Source: an uncultured delta proteobacterium
Lineage (GTDB): Bacteria > Desulfobacterota > Desulfomonilia > UBA1062
Reading direction: 5' to 3'
Length of the DNA: 64,000 nucleotides
Assembly (NCBI GenBank): GCA_963785235.1
Contig: CAWAUM010000003.1
Coordinates: 443,090-507,089 of the forward strand
Within the stretch, counting starts at the first letter, position 1. Every line of letters starts with the position of its first letter. A program made the position numbers and the translations under genes. Shown piece by piece: positions 21,738 through 31,747 of the stretch. The notes under the pieces are model-generated. The model saw nothing but the letters and a program-made list of their open reading frames with translations. It had not been told where the DNA came from and did no database searches.

Positions 21738-22262
21738 ATGAAACGCGAATATGACCCCATTCATGAACAGATGCCCCCTGAGCTGGAAGAGCCGAAGAGC
21801 AAGACAAGGCTTAAAAAGGAGATGATCGAACTGCAGAAGCTTGGAGAACACCTCGTTACCCTGCCTGCTGCTTATTTAAAAAAAGCCGGCATCCTACCTA
21901 AACTCTTTGATGCCGTCATATCCATGAAAAAAATGAGCACCCATGGGGCCAGGCGAAGACAGATGCAGCATATCGGCGTGATCATGCGGGAGGTGGACCC
22001 GGTACAGATCAAAAGGGTTCTCGATGAATTCGGGCAGGCCAGACAGACACCTGAACCTTTGAATACAGATCTGGATGAGCATGTTCAGATGCTCATCAAC
22101 GGTGAAGATGAACACATTGAAGACCTCCTGAAACGATGCCCTGCAGCAGATCGTACCAGGCTCCGCCAGTTGGTCAGAAACGCAAAGGTCGAGCCATTAC
22201 CAACAGGGAAAACACGTGCCCTTACTGCATTAAAGGCTTATCTGAAAGAAATTATGAACTGA
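21738..22262 (+). CDS. yjgA: Ribosome biogenesis factor YjgA/DarP family
   Basis: KSKTRLKKEM..LQKLG..L, HGARRRQMQHIG.IMR, DRTRLRQLVRNA; GAGG RBS before ATG 21738. Confidence 0.85.
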   Translation: MKREYDPIHEQMPPELEEPKSKTRLKKEMIELQKLGEHLVTLPAAYLKKAGILPKLFDAVISMKKMSTHGARRRQMQHIGVIMREVDPVQIKRVLDEFGQARQTPEPLNTDLDEHVQMLINGEDEHIEDLLKRCPAADRTRLRQLVRNAKVEPLPTGKTRALTALKAYLKEIMN

Positions 22263-22301
22263 TAATTGACATTAAAAACTAAAAAGACAAGGGAGGTACC
22301 C

Positions 22302-22592
22302 ATGAAAGATCTCTTCGGAAATACTTTTTCCAATATGATTGTAGCCCTTGCCTTCATCTGTGCCCTTATCTTTGCAGGCTGCGAAGGCAGCGAGGCAAAA
22401 AAGGCAATCACTGATACCGTTAATAAGGTTATGGGCGGTGAGGCGGTTAAAAAGGGTGAAGAGATGAAAAAAAACATCGACCAGGCCATAAATGAAGAGG
22501 CCAGGCGCCTGCTTAAAATGGATAAAGAAACAAAAGGTGATACCACCAGCGAGGATAAGGACTCTCAGAGCGAAAACGAATCAGACAAGTGA
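22302..22592 (+). CDS. Hypothetical lipoprotein
   Basis: GGAGG RBS; hydrophobic stretch ending in lipobox FAGC. Confidence 0.65.
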   Translation: MKDLFGNTFSNMIVALAFICALIFAGCEGSEAKKAITDTVNKVMGGEAVKKGEEMKKNIDQAINEEARRLLKMDKETKGDTTSEDKDSQSENESDK

Positions 22593-22618
22593 GGATCTCA
22601 ATAAAAGGAGGCTACTCC

Positions 22619-23410
22619 ATGTTTATCAACAATAAAATTGTCTGGATCACAGGTGCATCTTCGGGAATAGGGGAGGCCCTGGCTTATGCCTTTGCCCGCA
22701 GGGGTGCGCGTCTCATTCTCTCCGCACGCAATATAAAAAGATTGAATGAGGTGAAAGACCGTTGTTCGTCCCCTGAACAACACCTCGTGCTTCCTTTGGA
22801 CCTTGCTGATTCTTCGACATATTCTGAGAATGTCAAAACAGTTCTTGATACATTCGGCCATATAGACATGCTCATCAACAATGGCGGCGTATCTCAACGG
22901 TCATTTGCCCTCCAGACCAGCCTTGATACCGACCGGAGGATCATGGAGACCAACTTCTTCGGTACGGTGGCCTTAACAAAGGCAATTCTGCCGGCCATGC
23001 TTAAAAATGCATCGGGCCAAATCGTGGTGATCAGCAGCCTTGTGGGCAAATTCGGCTCACCCTTACGCTCGACTTATTCAGCATCCAAGCACGCCTTACA
23101 CGGTTTCTTTGACTCTTTACGAGCAGAGTTATCCGCAAAGGGCATCAGGGTCCTATTGGTATGCCCGGGTTTTATCCGTACCAGTATCTCGATAAACGCC
23201 CTGTGTGCAGACGGCTCCTGCCAGGGAACCATGGATGAGGCTCAGGCCGCCGGGATGGCACCCGAGGTCTGTGCTGAAAAAATAATACAGGCCATAGAAC
23301 AAGGCAAAGACGAGATACTCATTGGGGGGAAAGAACAGCTTGGTGTATATCTCAAGCGGTTTGTTCCCGGCATTTTCAACCGGATTATTACCAGGGCAAA
23401 GGTCACCTGA
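22619..23410 (+). CDS. Short-chain dehydrogenase/reductase (DHRS7-like)
   Basis: TGASSGIG, NNGG, YSASK catalytic motif; AAGGAGG RBS. Confidence 0.92.
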   Translation: MFINNKIVWITGASSGIGEALAYAFARRGARLILSARNIKRLNEVKDRCSSPEQHLVLPLDLADSSTYSENVKTVLDTFGHIDMLINNGGVSQRSFALQTSLDTDRRIMETNFFGTVALTKAILPAMLKNASGQIVVISSLVGKFGSPLRSTYSASKHALHGFFDSLRAELSAKGIRVLLVCPGFIRTSISINALCADGSCQGTMDEAQAAGMAPEVCAEKIIQAIEQGKDEILIGGKEQLGVYLKRFVPGIFNRIITRAKVT

Positions 23411-23421
23411 AATATACTGTT

Positions 23422-24357
23422 ATGAATAGGCCAAGAATCCTTATCATAGGCGCAGGAATGGTTGGTTCATCGAGTGCTGCATCCATAGCAGGCAGAAGCC
23501 TGGGTGAAGTTTTTCTCTATGACATCGACGAAGGCCTCTGTCTTGGCAGGGCTATGGATATCAATCATTCCCTGCCTTATCAAGGGAGTGACTCGTATAC
23601 TACCGGCTGTTCCAGACTCGAGGATGCCGGGGGGGCAGACATCGTGGTGATCACTGCCGGACTGGCACGCAAAGCCGGCATGACCAGGTTCGATCTTCTC
23701 AAACACAATGCTGCCGTTATTGGAACTCTCGCACCACAGCTTGCCTCTCTGAGTCCGGATGCGAGGGTTCTGGTTGTCACCAACCCGGCTGATGTGCTTA
23801 CCTGGCATCTCATGAAACTCTGCCCTGACATGCGGATTTTCGGGCTCGGATGCTCCCTTGACATGGTCCGTCTCAGGCTCTCTATCGCGCAGACAGCCCG
23901 GGTTTCGGCAGACAATGTCGCAGCCATGGTCATCGGCACCCATGACGACAACATGATACCCCTCATGAGCCATGCAACCATCAGCGGCATCCCCTTAGTC
24001 AGACTGCTGAGCACACATGACAGAGAAAAGATCTCCACCATGACGCGTACTGCGGGCAGTACGATCGTCAACCTCATGAAGAGCCATAGCGGACACTACG
24101 CTGCCGGAGAGGTGATTGCACAGATCGTTGAGTCCATGGCCATGAACAGGGGTATGATCTTTCCATTAAGCACCTGTCTGAATGGGGAATACGGATACCG
24201 CGATATCTGCCTTGCCCTGCCCTGTGTTGTAGACAGTACAGGGGTGAGGAAGGTCATTGAGCTTAATCTCAATGACCAGGAAAGGTCCTCCCTTGAAACC
24301 TGTGCCCGCACCATGAAAGATCAGATAAGCTCGCTCAAGGTTCTTCTTTCATCATGA
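23422..24357 (+). CDS. mdh: Malate dehydrogenase (LDH-like MDH)
   Basis: GAGMVG, TAGLARKAGMTRFDLL (Arg specificity residue of MDH), VTNP.D, IGTHDD. Confidence 0.8.
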   Translation: MNRPRILIIGAGMVGSSSAASIAGRSLGEVFLYDIDEGLCLGRAMDINHSLPYQGSDSYTTGCSRLEDAGGADIVVITAGLARKAGMTRFDLLKHNAAVIGTLAPQLASLSPDARVLVVTNPADVLTWHLMKLCPDMRIFGLGCSLDMVRLRLSIAQTARVSADNVAAMVIGTHDDNMIPLMSHATISGIPLVRLLSTHDREKISTMTRTAGSTIVNLMKSHSGHYAAGEVIAQIVESMAMNRGMIFPLSTCLNGEYGYRDICLALPCVVDSTGVRKVIELNLNDQERSSLETCARTMKDQISSLKVLLSS

Positions 24358-24532
24358 AAAAACCACGAGCATTGGATCTTATCCCAAGAGCAAGGGAATA
24401 TAAAATACTATGAAGAAATGAGATGTTTACAGGATTTGCGAAACGATGAATAACACCTGACATTTTGTCCCTGTCATGTTTCACCCCCTTAATGACGATG
24501 AATAGAATACGTCATTCTCAAGGGGAACTACC

Positions 24533-25327
24533 ATGAAAAAACTCACATTTCTCCTATCAGCCTTTATGGGTATCATCCTCTTTGCCTGCGGGGGCGGAGG
24601 AGGTGGTGGCGGCGGGACTGGTGATGGAGGGGCGAAGACAATCTATTCCCCGGATTATCTCAGCAAGGACATGAACAAGACCTATACCTTCACGGAAACA
24701 GAGGTATTTACAATAAGGGGACAACAGGGTTCACAGACATCCACCATTGTCTATAGCTATGCACCAAATCCTATTGATACGATCCCCAGTCAATATGGAT
24801 ATTCCGGTGCAATTGCAGGACCCTATTCTATTGAGCTACTTACTGTAGATGGCACACCCCGTACAGTCACATACAAAAGCCCTACCGGTTATGCCATTAT
24901 CAGCGATAATTTCAGTACATTCACCAGTATCGAGCCTGTTCACACCTCCCTCTCCAGCAATATACCCTCGGATTGGACTGTGGGCGAGGTATATTCACAA
25001 TCCAGCACGGAGGATCTCCTCAATTCCGACCAGGATCAGGGCACATTTGGCGAAAAGCTCGGCAGCAAAACTCTTAACTATACCATCAAGGTCCTTGGGA
25101 TTGAATCTGTAACAGTTGCCGCCGGTACATATGAAGCCATAAAAACCCTGGAATCCTCTACCAGCACTTTTACCCTGAATAACCAGACCAAGACCGGGGA
25201 TACATCAGCAACCTCATGGTACGGGAAAGGCATAGGACTTGTGAAGAGTGTCGCTAACTCTACAACCCTATACACCGACGGCACCGTGACGAGTACGGTC
25301 ACGGACGAGCTGACAAGCATAAGGTAG
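24533..25327 (+). CDS. Thr/Ser-rich lipoprotein of unknown function
   Basis: Lipobox LFAC plus poly-Gly linker; ESVTVAAGTYEAIK and WYGKGIGLVK motifs. Confidence 0.75.
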   Translation: MKKLTFLLSAFMGIILFACGGGGGGGGGTGDGGAKTIYSPDYLSKDMNKTYTFTETEVFTIRGQQGSQTSTIVYSYAPNPIDTIPSQYGYSGAIAGPYSIELLTVDGTPRTVTYKSPTGYAIISDNFSTFTSIEPVHTSLSSNIPSDWTVGEVYSQSSTEDLLNSDQDQGTFGEKLGSKTLNYTIKVLGIESVTVAAGTYEAIKTLESSTSTFTLNNQTKTGDTSATSWYGKGIGLVKSVANSTTLYTDGTVTSTVTDELTSIR

Positions 25328-25346
25328 TGATTCGTCAGCAGCAACC

Positions 25347-26090
25347 CTACCCTTGGGCCACACCATAGTTCTTCATGATCCGGGCGATATAGTTCCGGGT
25401 CTCTTCAGGGAGATTCCCAGTGCTGCGTTCCAGGTTCCCCATGCCCCAGTTATAGGCTGCCAGGGCTTGTTTTACATCGCCGTTATATCTGTTTAACAGA
25501 CTTTTCAGGTAGCGTGTGCCTGCCATGACATTCTGTTCCGGGTCGTAGGCATTGCTCACACCCAGTCCCCTGGCCGTGTCAGGCATGAGCTGCATGAGCC
25601 CCATAGCACCCTTAGGCGAGGTGGCATTGGGATCAAAATCGCTCTCTGCCTGGATAACCGAGGAAATGAGGCCCTTATCGACCCCATAGGTTGCAGATGC
25701 CTTGTCAATGATTGTACGCATATCTGCAGGCGGCTGAATTGATGGAACCGACGGCTCAGACTGTCGGACTTTTGACTCTTGCTGCCGGGTACCCTGGATA
25801 TCGGTCAAGCCGGACATGAAATGAAAGATGTCCCCTTCACCCTCCCCATCTTTACCTGCAAATGAGTTCATGACCGACTGGCTCATCTGCATCTTGACGA
25901 ATTCAAGCATAACAGCGATCTTATCCGTATCATCCTTTGTATCAGAGCCTTCCGAGGCCTTTTGCACTATCTCTTTCAGCAACTGTGAAAAGCCTTCCGG
26001 GCCGGCAGTAGATTTTTGGGCAGAATGTGCTGGGCCTGCAGAAAGCCCTTGGATTAATCTCTCCAATACATCGTTTGAGGCAACCTTCAT
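25347..26090 (-). CDS. Lytic transglycosylase (SLT domain)
   Basis: VIQAES, SPKGAMGLMQLMP, ALAAYNWG, ETRNY. Confidence 0.92.
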   Translation of the reverse strand: MKVASNDVLERLIQGLSAGPAHSAQKSTAGPEGFSQLLKEIVQKASEGSDTKDDTDKIAVMLEFVKMQMSQSVMNSFAGKDGEGEGDIFHFMSGLTDIQGTRQQESKVRQSEPSVPSIQPPADMRTIIDKASATYGVDKGLISSVIQAESDFDPNATSPKGAMGLMQLMPDTARGLGVSNAYDPEQNVMAGTRYLKSLLNRYNGDVKQALAAYNWGMGNLERSTGNLPEETRNYIARIMKNYGVAQG

Positions 26091-26121
26091 CCTGCCCTCC
26101 CCTTATCTCTCAGCAATAACA

Positions 26122-26137
26122 TACAAAGTCCATGCCA
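26122..26137 (-). promoter_or_regulatory. Putative sigma54 (-24/-12) promoter of the SLT gene
   Basis: Minus strand TGGCATG-GACT-TTGTA versus consensus TGGCACG-N4-TTGCW, about 30 bp upstream of the ATG. Confidence 0.55.
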
Positions 26138-26167
26138 GCAGTTGGGTTCTTTATAAATCCTGAAGAT

Positions 26168-26199
26168 AGGATCCAGAAGATACCTGTATTCTGGATCCT
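26168..26199 (-). terminator. Stem-loop after the antiporter gene
   Basis: AGGATCCAGAA / TTCTGGATCCT arms. Confidence 0.5.
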
Positions 26200-26227
26200 G
26201 CCGACCTAAACAGTTTCGAGACAAGGC

Positions 26228-27670
26228 TTATCTGAAGAAGATGAACCAGATAACCAAAAAGAGGGGTATCAGCACGGGGATGGAATAGAAAAAGATATAC
26301 TCCATGAAGTGCGGCGTCTTTACCTTCTGATGCTCTGCAATGGATTTGACCATGAAATTCGGGCCGTTTCCGATGTAGGTCATTGCCCCGAACATTACTG
26401 CCGCGGCCGATATGGCCTGGATATATTTCCAGGATTCCATGGTCAGGGGCTTTAAATGGGATGCCTGTAGAAACTGCAGATGGTCGATTTGAGGACTGGA
26501 AAGCATGCCGAGCATGGCCTGCATATGCATGGGGTTATCAACACTGAGGCCATGCAGGCCAAAGGAGGCACTTAAGAAATTGAGGTAGGTCGGGGCGTTG
26601 TCAAGGATGGAAGAGAGGATTCCTGAGCACCAGTAATAATGGCCCGGCTCTGAGATACCCAGAATGCCTGCATTCAGCTCAAGCCAGTCAAGGGCCGGGA
26701 CCATGGTGGCAAAGATGGCGGCAAAGAGGATGGCAACCTCCTGAATGGGCGTGAAGGTAAACTGGTTCTTCTCGTGGATCTGTTTTTTTGTCGTGAAATA
26801 GCTCGCAGCGGCAGCAAAGATCATGACCATCTCGCGCACAGGTTCATTCAGGAACACGGCACCGATGATTATCATGAGGAAGATGCTGTTATGCAGGCCT
26901 TCAACAAAGGCATGCTCGCCTTCGGCTTCGACCTCATGTTCCATGTCATCCGGGAGTTTCTTATAGTTGTAGTAGTCTATGATGTAAAAAATGAGCAGTA
27001 AGAATGAGACGGCAATTATCCAGATCAGCCAGACTCGCGTGATCACCCAGAAGAACGGGACACCCTTGAGATAGCCCAGAAAGAGCGGCGGATCACCAAT
27101 AGGGGTCAGCAATCCGCCTATGTTCGAAACAATGAATATGAAGAAGACAATGTGGTAGCCCGAGATTCGATACCTGTTTACCCGGATATACGGCCTGATA
27201 AGGACCATGGAGGCACCGGTAGTGCCAAGGAAATTTGAAATGACTGCCCCTATGGCAAGGAGAATGACATTTGCATGGGGCGTCGATCTCCCTTTTATCC
27301 TGATATGGATGCCTCCGGATACTATGAAGAGCGAACCGATAAGGGCGATAAAACTGAAATATTCGAATGCCGTATTTATCATCCGCGGCCCATTCTTGAG
27401 GATAATAAAATAGTAAATCAGAGGGATAGAACTGAGAATCAGACAGACATAAGCGTACCTCTTTTCCCACCAGAGGGCATTGATAAAGGGCATGACTGCA
27501 ATCGCAAGGAGCAGCAGGACAAACGGGGCAATCATGGCCGGGTGAACAGGGACAATGGCATATTCAAGGGCATGTGCAGAAAGGGCCGGGAAGAAAAGGA
27601 AAAAACCCGAAAAAAGGATGGCTGTCAATGCACCCTTCCTTATTCTTAAGGTAAAAAACCAGACGATCAA
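26228..27670 (-). CDS. Ion-transporter superfamily protein (putative Na+:H+ antiporter / CitMHS-like)
   Basis: GTTGASM.LIRP, NIGGLLTPIGDPPLFLG, LDNAPTYL, TYIGNGPNFMVK; about 12 TM segments. Confidence 0.85.
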   Translation of the reverse strand: MIVWFFTLRIRKGALTAILFSGFFLFFPALSAHALEYAIVPVHPAMIAPFVLLLLAIAVMPFINALWWEKRYAYVCLILSSIPLIYYFIILKNGPRMINTAFEYFSFIALIGSLFIVSGGIHIRIKGRSTPHANVILLAIGAVISNFLGTTGASMVLIRPYIRVNRYRISGYHIVFFIFIVSNIGGLLTPIGDPPLFLGYLKGVPFFWVITRVWLIWIIAVSFLLLIFYIIDYYNYKKLPDDMEHEVEAEGEHAFVEGLHNSIFLMIIIGAVFLNEPVREMVMIFAAAASYFTTKKQIHEKNQFTFTPIQEVAILFAAIFATMVPALDWLELNAGILGISEPGHYYWCSGILSSILDNAPTYLNFLSASFGLHGLSVDNPMHMQAMLGMLSSPQIDHLQFLQASHLKPLTMESWKYIQAISAAAVMFGAMTYIGNGPNFMVKSIAEHQKVKTPHFMEYIFFYSIPVLIPLFLVIWFIFFR

Positions 27671-27795
27671 TCAACCCCTGCCGGGAATCCATACCATGTC
27701 ATAGCGGAAATCATAGGCAAACTCAAGACGGCTTGTTGTACCTGTGTCGCGAAAAACCTATGTGATTCTTAACACCTTCCATGACGCTATCGGTA

Positions 27796-30074
27796 TCAAC
27801 CTGAAGGCTCAGCGGGTTTCGCCTCCTGAATTGTGCCACAGCCAAGGCACTGATAGAACCACTGACCCTTTCTTGTTGATGGAATCACGCGCATGGGTTG
27901 CCTGCAGGTCCCGCAAGCAATAGGTTCGGGGGTGCGGGGATCTGCTTCTTTTCGTGTCTGCCACTTATTGCACTGAACGCAGACCTTTCCACCGTTCCGG
28001 GTGGTTCGGACAGGTCCCTGGCAGAATCGACAAATAACAAGCGGTTTCCCTTGTGCATCCGAATCAAAGGATATCTTGCATTCAGGATCTTTAGACGCGG
28101 AGCACTTCACGTAGTAACGACCTTCCCAGTCCCTAAGATGCAGGTTCGATCCACACTTCGGGCAGGTTCCCATTACCGGGCCGAAAACACGCCGGTTGCC
28201 TTGGGGGGCATGCTGTTTGATCTGATCTACCAGTTCGGTCACAAAGGCCCGTATGCCGCTCATGAACTCATCCCGTCTGGCCTCGCCCCGGCGGATTCGC
28301 TCCAGGCGTGCTTCCCATTCGCCGGTCATCTGGGGGCTTTTCAGGGTCTCGGTCCGGATAGATTGGATCAGTTCGATCCCTTTAGCCGTCGGCTGCAGGA
28401 TGTTACGTGTGCGCTCGACGAAACCGCGTTTCAGCAGCGTTTCGATTATATTGGCCCTGGTGGCGGGTGTGCCCAGGCCACAGTCTTTCATGGCCCCTTT
28501 CAGTTCTTCATCGTCAAGTTCCTTACCGGCGCTCTGCATAGCGCCCAGCAGGTCCCCTTCGGTCATGCGCTTGGGGGGCGATGGTCTTGCCTGCCTTGGG
28601 AAAGAGGTCCTTGGTCTCGACGACTTCTTCCTTAACGACCGAAGGCAACAGGCCGGTGTCCTCGTCATCATCAGTTTCATCCATCTTCGGGGTTCTTTAC
28701 CTTCGTCTTTTCTTTTTTCAGTCGGCCATAGGGCGGGTCGACTGCGGACCATCCCAATTCTTTCACAACTGTGCCCGTGGTTTTGAATGTCTCCTTGTCG
28801 ATCTTCGTGATGATGGTGGTCTTGCCTTCGATACGCTCGGGGAAGTACGCTGCCAGGAAACGTCGCGCGATCAGCTCGTAGACCTTCAACCGGTCACCCT
28901 GGAGATTCTTTGCCGGGTTCTCTGTAAGCGTCAGGGCCGAATGATCTTCTACCTCCTTGTCGTTCACGAAACGCTTGTCGAGTTTCACGGGCCAGCGCTT
29001 CCGAAGCTCCTCAATAAAGGGTTGCAGCTCCGTAAGCTGCCCCTGAGCTATGGCCTTGATCCAGCCCGCAGACTTCTGTGCGTCTGCTTGTGTCAAGTAC
29101 CTGGAATTCGTACGCGGGTAGCTGATGAGCTTGGATTCATAGAGATCCTGTGCCACTTCCAGGGTGTGCTCTGCCGTGAACCCGAAGCGCTTGTTGGATT
29201 CCTTCTGGAGATTGGTAAGGTCGTACAGCAGCTCGGGTTTTTTCTTTTCCGTCTTGGAGGTAACCGATGCAACATTGCCGGGCAGGCCGGAAAGCTTGTT
29301 AGCAAGGGCCTTGGCGTCTTCTTCCTGTTCGAAACGATCCTGATCCTTCCTACCAACCTTGCGGAACCATTTGCCTGTGTACGTGCCACACTTGGATTGA
29401 AAGGTAGCCCAGAGGGTCCAGAAGTCCTTCGGTATGAATTCAGTGATTTCCAGCTCGCGATTTACCAGGAGCGCCAAAGTAGGTGTCTGTACGCGGCCGA
29501 TGGAGTAAACCCCTTCTCCTCCACAGCGGCGCATGACCAGCGTCTGGGCCCGCGTGCAGTTGATTCCGACCAGCCAATCCGACTCCTGCCGGCTACGCGC
29601 CGCATCCCGCAGGCCGCTGTAAGCCTCGCCCGGCTTCATCCGGCCATAAGCCTCCCGGATGGCGTTATCAGTGAGGCTCGACGTCCAGAACCTCTGTACG
29701 GGTTTAGTGCATCCCGATAAGCGATAAACCAGATCAAAGATGAGCTCGCCTTCGCGACCGGCATCCGTCGCATTCACGACATCCGCCACATCGTCACGGG
29801 TCATGAGTTTTGCCACCACCTCGTATTGATCCTTGGTGGCCTCGATGGGTAAGTAACAAAACGGATCGGGGAAAAAAGGTACCGTATCCAGCCTCCACAA
29901 TTTGAGCCCAGGATCGTATCCTTCAGGGCCCATAGCCTCCACCAGGTGGCCCACACACCACGTGACAATGACATCGGCGCCCTGGATGAAATTGCGCCCC
30001 GTCCCCTGAATTCCCAAGGCCGCCGCGATGGCACGGCCCATGCTGGGTTTTTCACAGATGATGATACGGGTCAT
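27796..30074 (-). CDS. topB: DNA topoisomerase III (frameshifted around 28580-28750), C-terminal Zn ribbons
   Basis: CEKPS, WCVGHL, NATDAGREGE, SIGRVQTPT, active-site ISYPRT; continues as GLGTPATRANIIE...MTGEWE with C-terminal CxxC repeats. Confidence 0.9.
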
Positions 30075-30262
30075 AGAGTTTCTTTTTTGAATTTTCTCAT
30101 CCATAACTTTTATAGTCGCAGTCAATAAAACCTCATATATCAAAAATTCTTAGAATAAAGTACACATCGCTTTACAATTTTTTATAAGGTAGTTTATTTA
30201 TTGACACATCAGCTATTAGTGCTAAGCTACGCCAAATTCTCATAGAGCGGGGGAAGACTCTC

Positions 30263-30442
30263 ATGAAGAACATAGAGATGAAGACTGAAGGCAACATCCT
30301 TACAATTAAGGTTGATCTTACAAAAGAATTCGGACCCTCATCATCGGGCAAGACCATTATCATTGCTTCAACCGAAGGGAATATTTCCATTGAGGGGCAT
30401 GAGGAAATCAAGGTGGGATTGAACATTTACAAGAAGAAATAA
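30263..30442 (+). CDS. Small hypothetical protein (59 aa), missed by the ORF track
   Basis: MKNIEMKTEGNILTIKVDLTKEFGPSSSGKTIIIASTEGNISIEGHEEIKVGLNIYKKK*; purine-rich RBS; beta-rich pattern. Confidence 0.8.
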   Translation: MKNIEMKTEGNILTIKVDLTKEFGPSSSGKTIIIASTEGNISIEGHEEIKVGLNIYKKK

Positions 30443-30473
30443 CTTAAGCAGAGAAACCAACATTACTGTGATA

Positions 30474-31667
30474 TCATGGTATTGAGGTATGAAACTGTGA
30501 AATAAACCGTTTATCGATGAAGTCCTTAAGCCTGAAGGCCCACTTTCCCTTCAGCACCAGCTGACTGCGAACAAATATCCCCATGCCGTCACCGAGGTTT
30601 AAGATGAGGAGATATCTCTTCTGGGGTACAAACTCCTTTAACGGATCACCTTTGAGGTGGGCCTGAATATTATGCAAGAGTATGGGCGCCTGCCGTACGG
30701 CATAAACCCCTACCATATCCAGTGGCATATTCATGAATGTTATACAGTCGCCTCCCCCGAAGATTTCAGGATGAGAAGTGCTCTGCAGATAGTTGTTGAC
30801 CAATAGAGCGCCGTTTTGCGCTGTTTCAATTCCGGAACCTTCAAATACCTTTGCCGGACGGATGCCCGTAGCCAGGACTGCTATGTCATAGGCTATTTCC
30901 CTGTGGTCTGAAGTCCTTGCGGTCTTGTTATCAAGGGAGGAAACCTGGCAGCGAGTAAGTATTGTTATTCCTCTTTTCATGAGTGAATCCTTGGCAAAGA
31001 GCCCTGCCTTATCAGGAAACCGGGGCAACAATGATTCTTCGAAGCCTGCCAGTATGATCTCGGCCTTCCCTTCATTCTGACTCACCAGCCGTTGTATATT
31101 ACCTGCTATCTCTACGCCTGCAGGCCCTGTACCGATAATAAGGATGCGTGGTATGGAGCTTTTTATCTGAGAAAGAATCGTCTGTTTGAGGACCACAAGG
31201 TTTATAATGGGCTTTATGGGATATGCCTCTTTTTCAGCCCCTTTCACAAGATCCATTGGCACCGAGCTTCCCACGTTGAATGACACAATATCGTAAGGGA
31301 TCTTCTCTCCGTTATCGAGATGCAGGCTCTGCCTGAGAGGATCGATTCCGATGACATGCCCCTTGATGAACTGCGCCCCGCTCGAGAAGGCCAGTCTTTG
31401 TACATCCACACGAACATCATCCGGTTCGTATATCCCGGAAAGCATGCCAGGGCCCATTCCCGAGTAATAATGGTATTGATCCGGTCCGATAACAATGACT
31501 TCAGAGCCTTGTCGTATCAACAACCCGGCATTTTTGACAGAGTACAGGTGGGCGTGTCCTGCCCCGACAAAAACGATCCGTGCCTTTTGTGTCTTATTCA
31601 CCTGTGCCCTCTTTATCTGTGGTGTCCCCCGGCATGATGGTCCCGAACCTGGTTTATCTGATTGCAT
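30474..31667 (-). CDS. FAD-dependent pyridine nucleotide-disulfide oxidoreductase (NDH-2 / SelD N-terminal-like)
   Basis: VGAGHAH, YSGMGPG, IGTGPAGVE, IFGGGDC, GVYAVRQ, KDFIDKRF. Confidence 0.85.
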   Translation of the reverse strand: MQSDKPGSGPSCRGTPQIKRAQVNKTQKARIVFVGAGHAHLYSVKNAGLLIRQGSEVIVIGPDQYHYYSGMGPGMLSGIYEPDDVRVDVQRLAFSSGAQFIKGHVIGIDPLRQSLHLDNGEKIPYDIVSFNVGSSVPMDLVKGAEKEAYPIKPIINLVVLKQTILSQIKSSIPRILIIGTGPAGVEIAGNIQRLVSQNEGKAEIILAGFEESLLPRFPDKAGLFAKDSLMKRGITILTRCQVSSLDNKTARTSDHREIAYDIAVLATGIRPAKVFEGSGIETAQNGALLVNNYLQSTSHPEIFGGGDCITFMNMPLDMVGVYAVRQAPILLHNIQAHLKGDPLKEFVPQKRYLLILNLGDGMGIFVRSQLVLKGKWAFRLKDFIDKRFISQFHTSIP

Positions 31668-31747
31668 CCTTTATTATCACATAACCTTATATCTCTGTAT
31701 GGTATTATAATTATGACCTATGTTAGGAAAGCAACCTATGAACTCAA

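Noticed and set aside
28581-29720. Long antisense ORFs (also 31804-32820, 40532-41584, 44298-45500, 62810-63562)
   Set aside because: Shadows of well-supported genes on the opposite strand, with no recognisable motifs.
27796-30074. topB as a marker of an ICE or plasmid
   Set aside because: No integrase, relaxase, ssb or transfer genes are adjacent.
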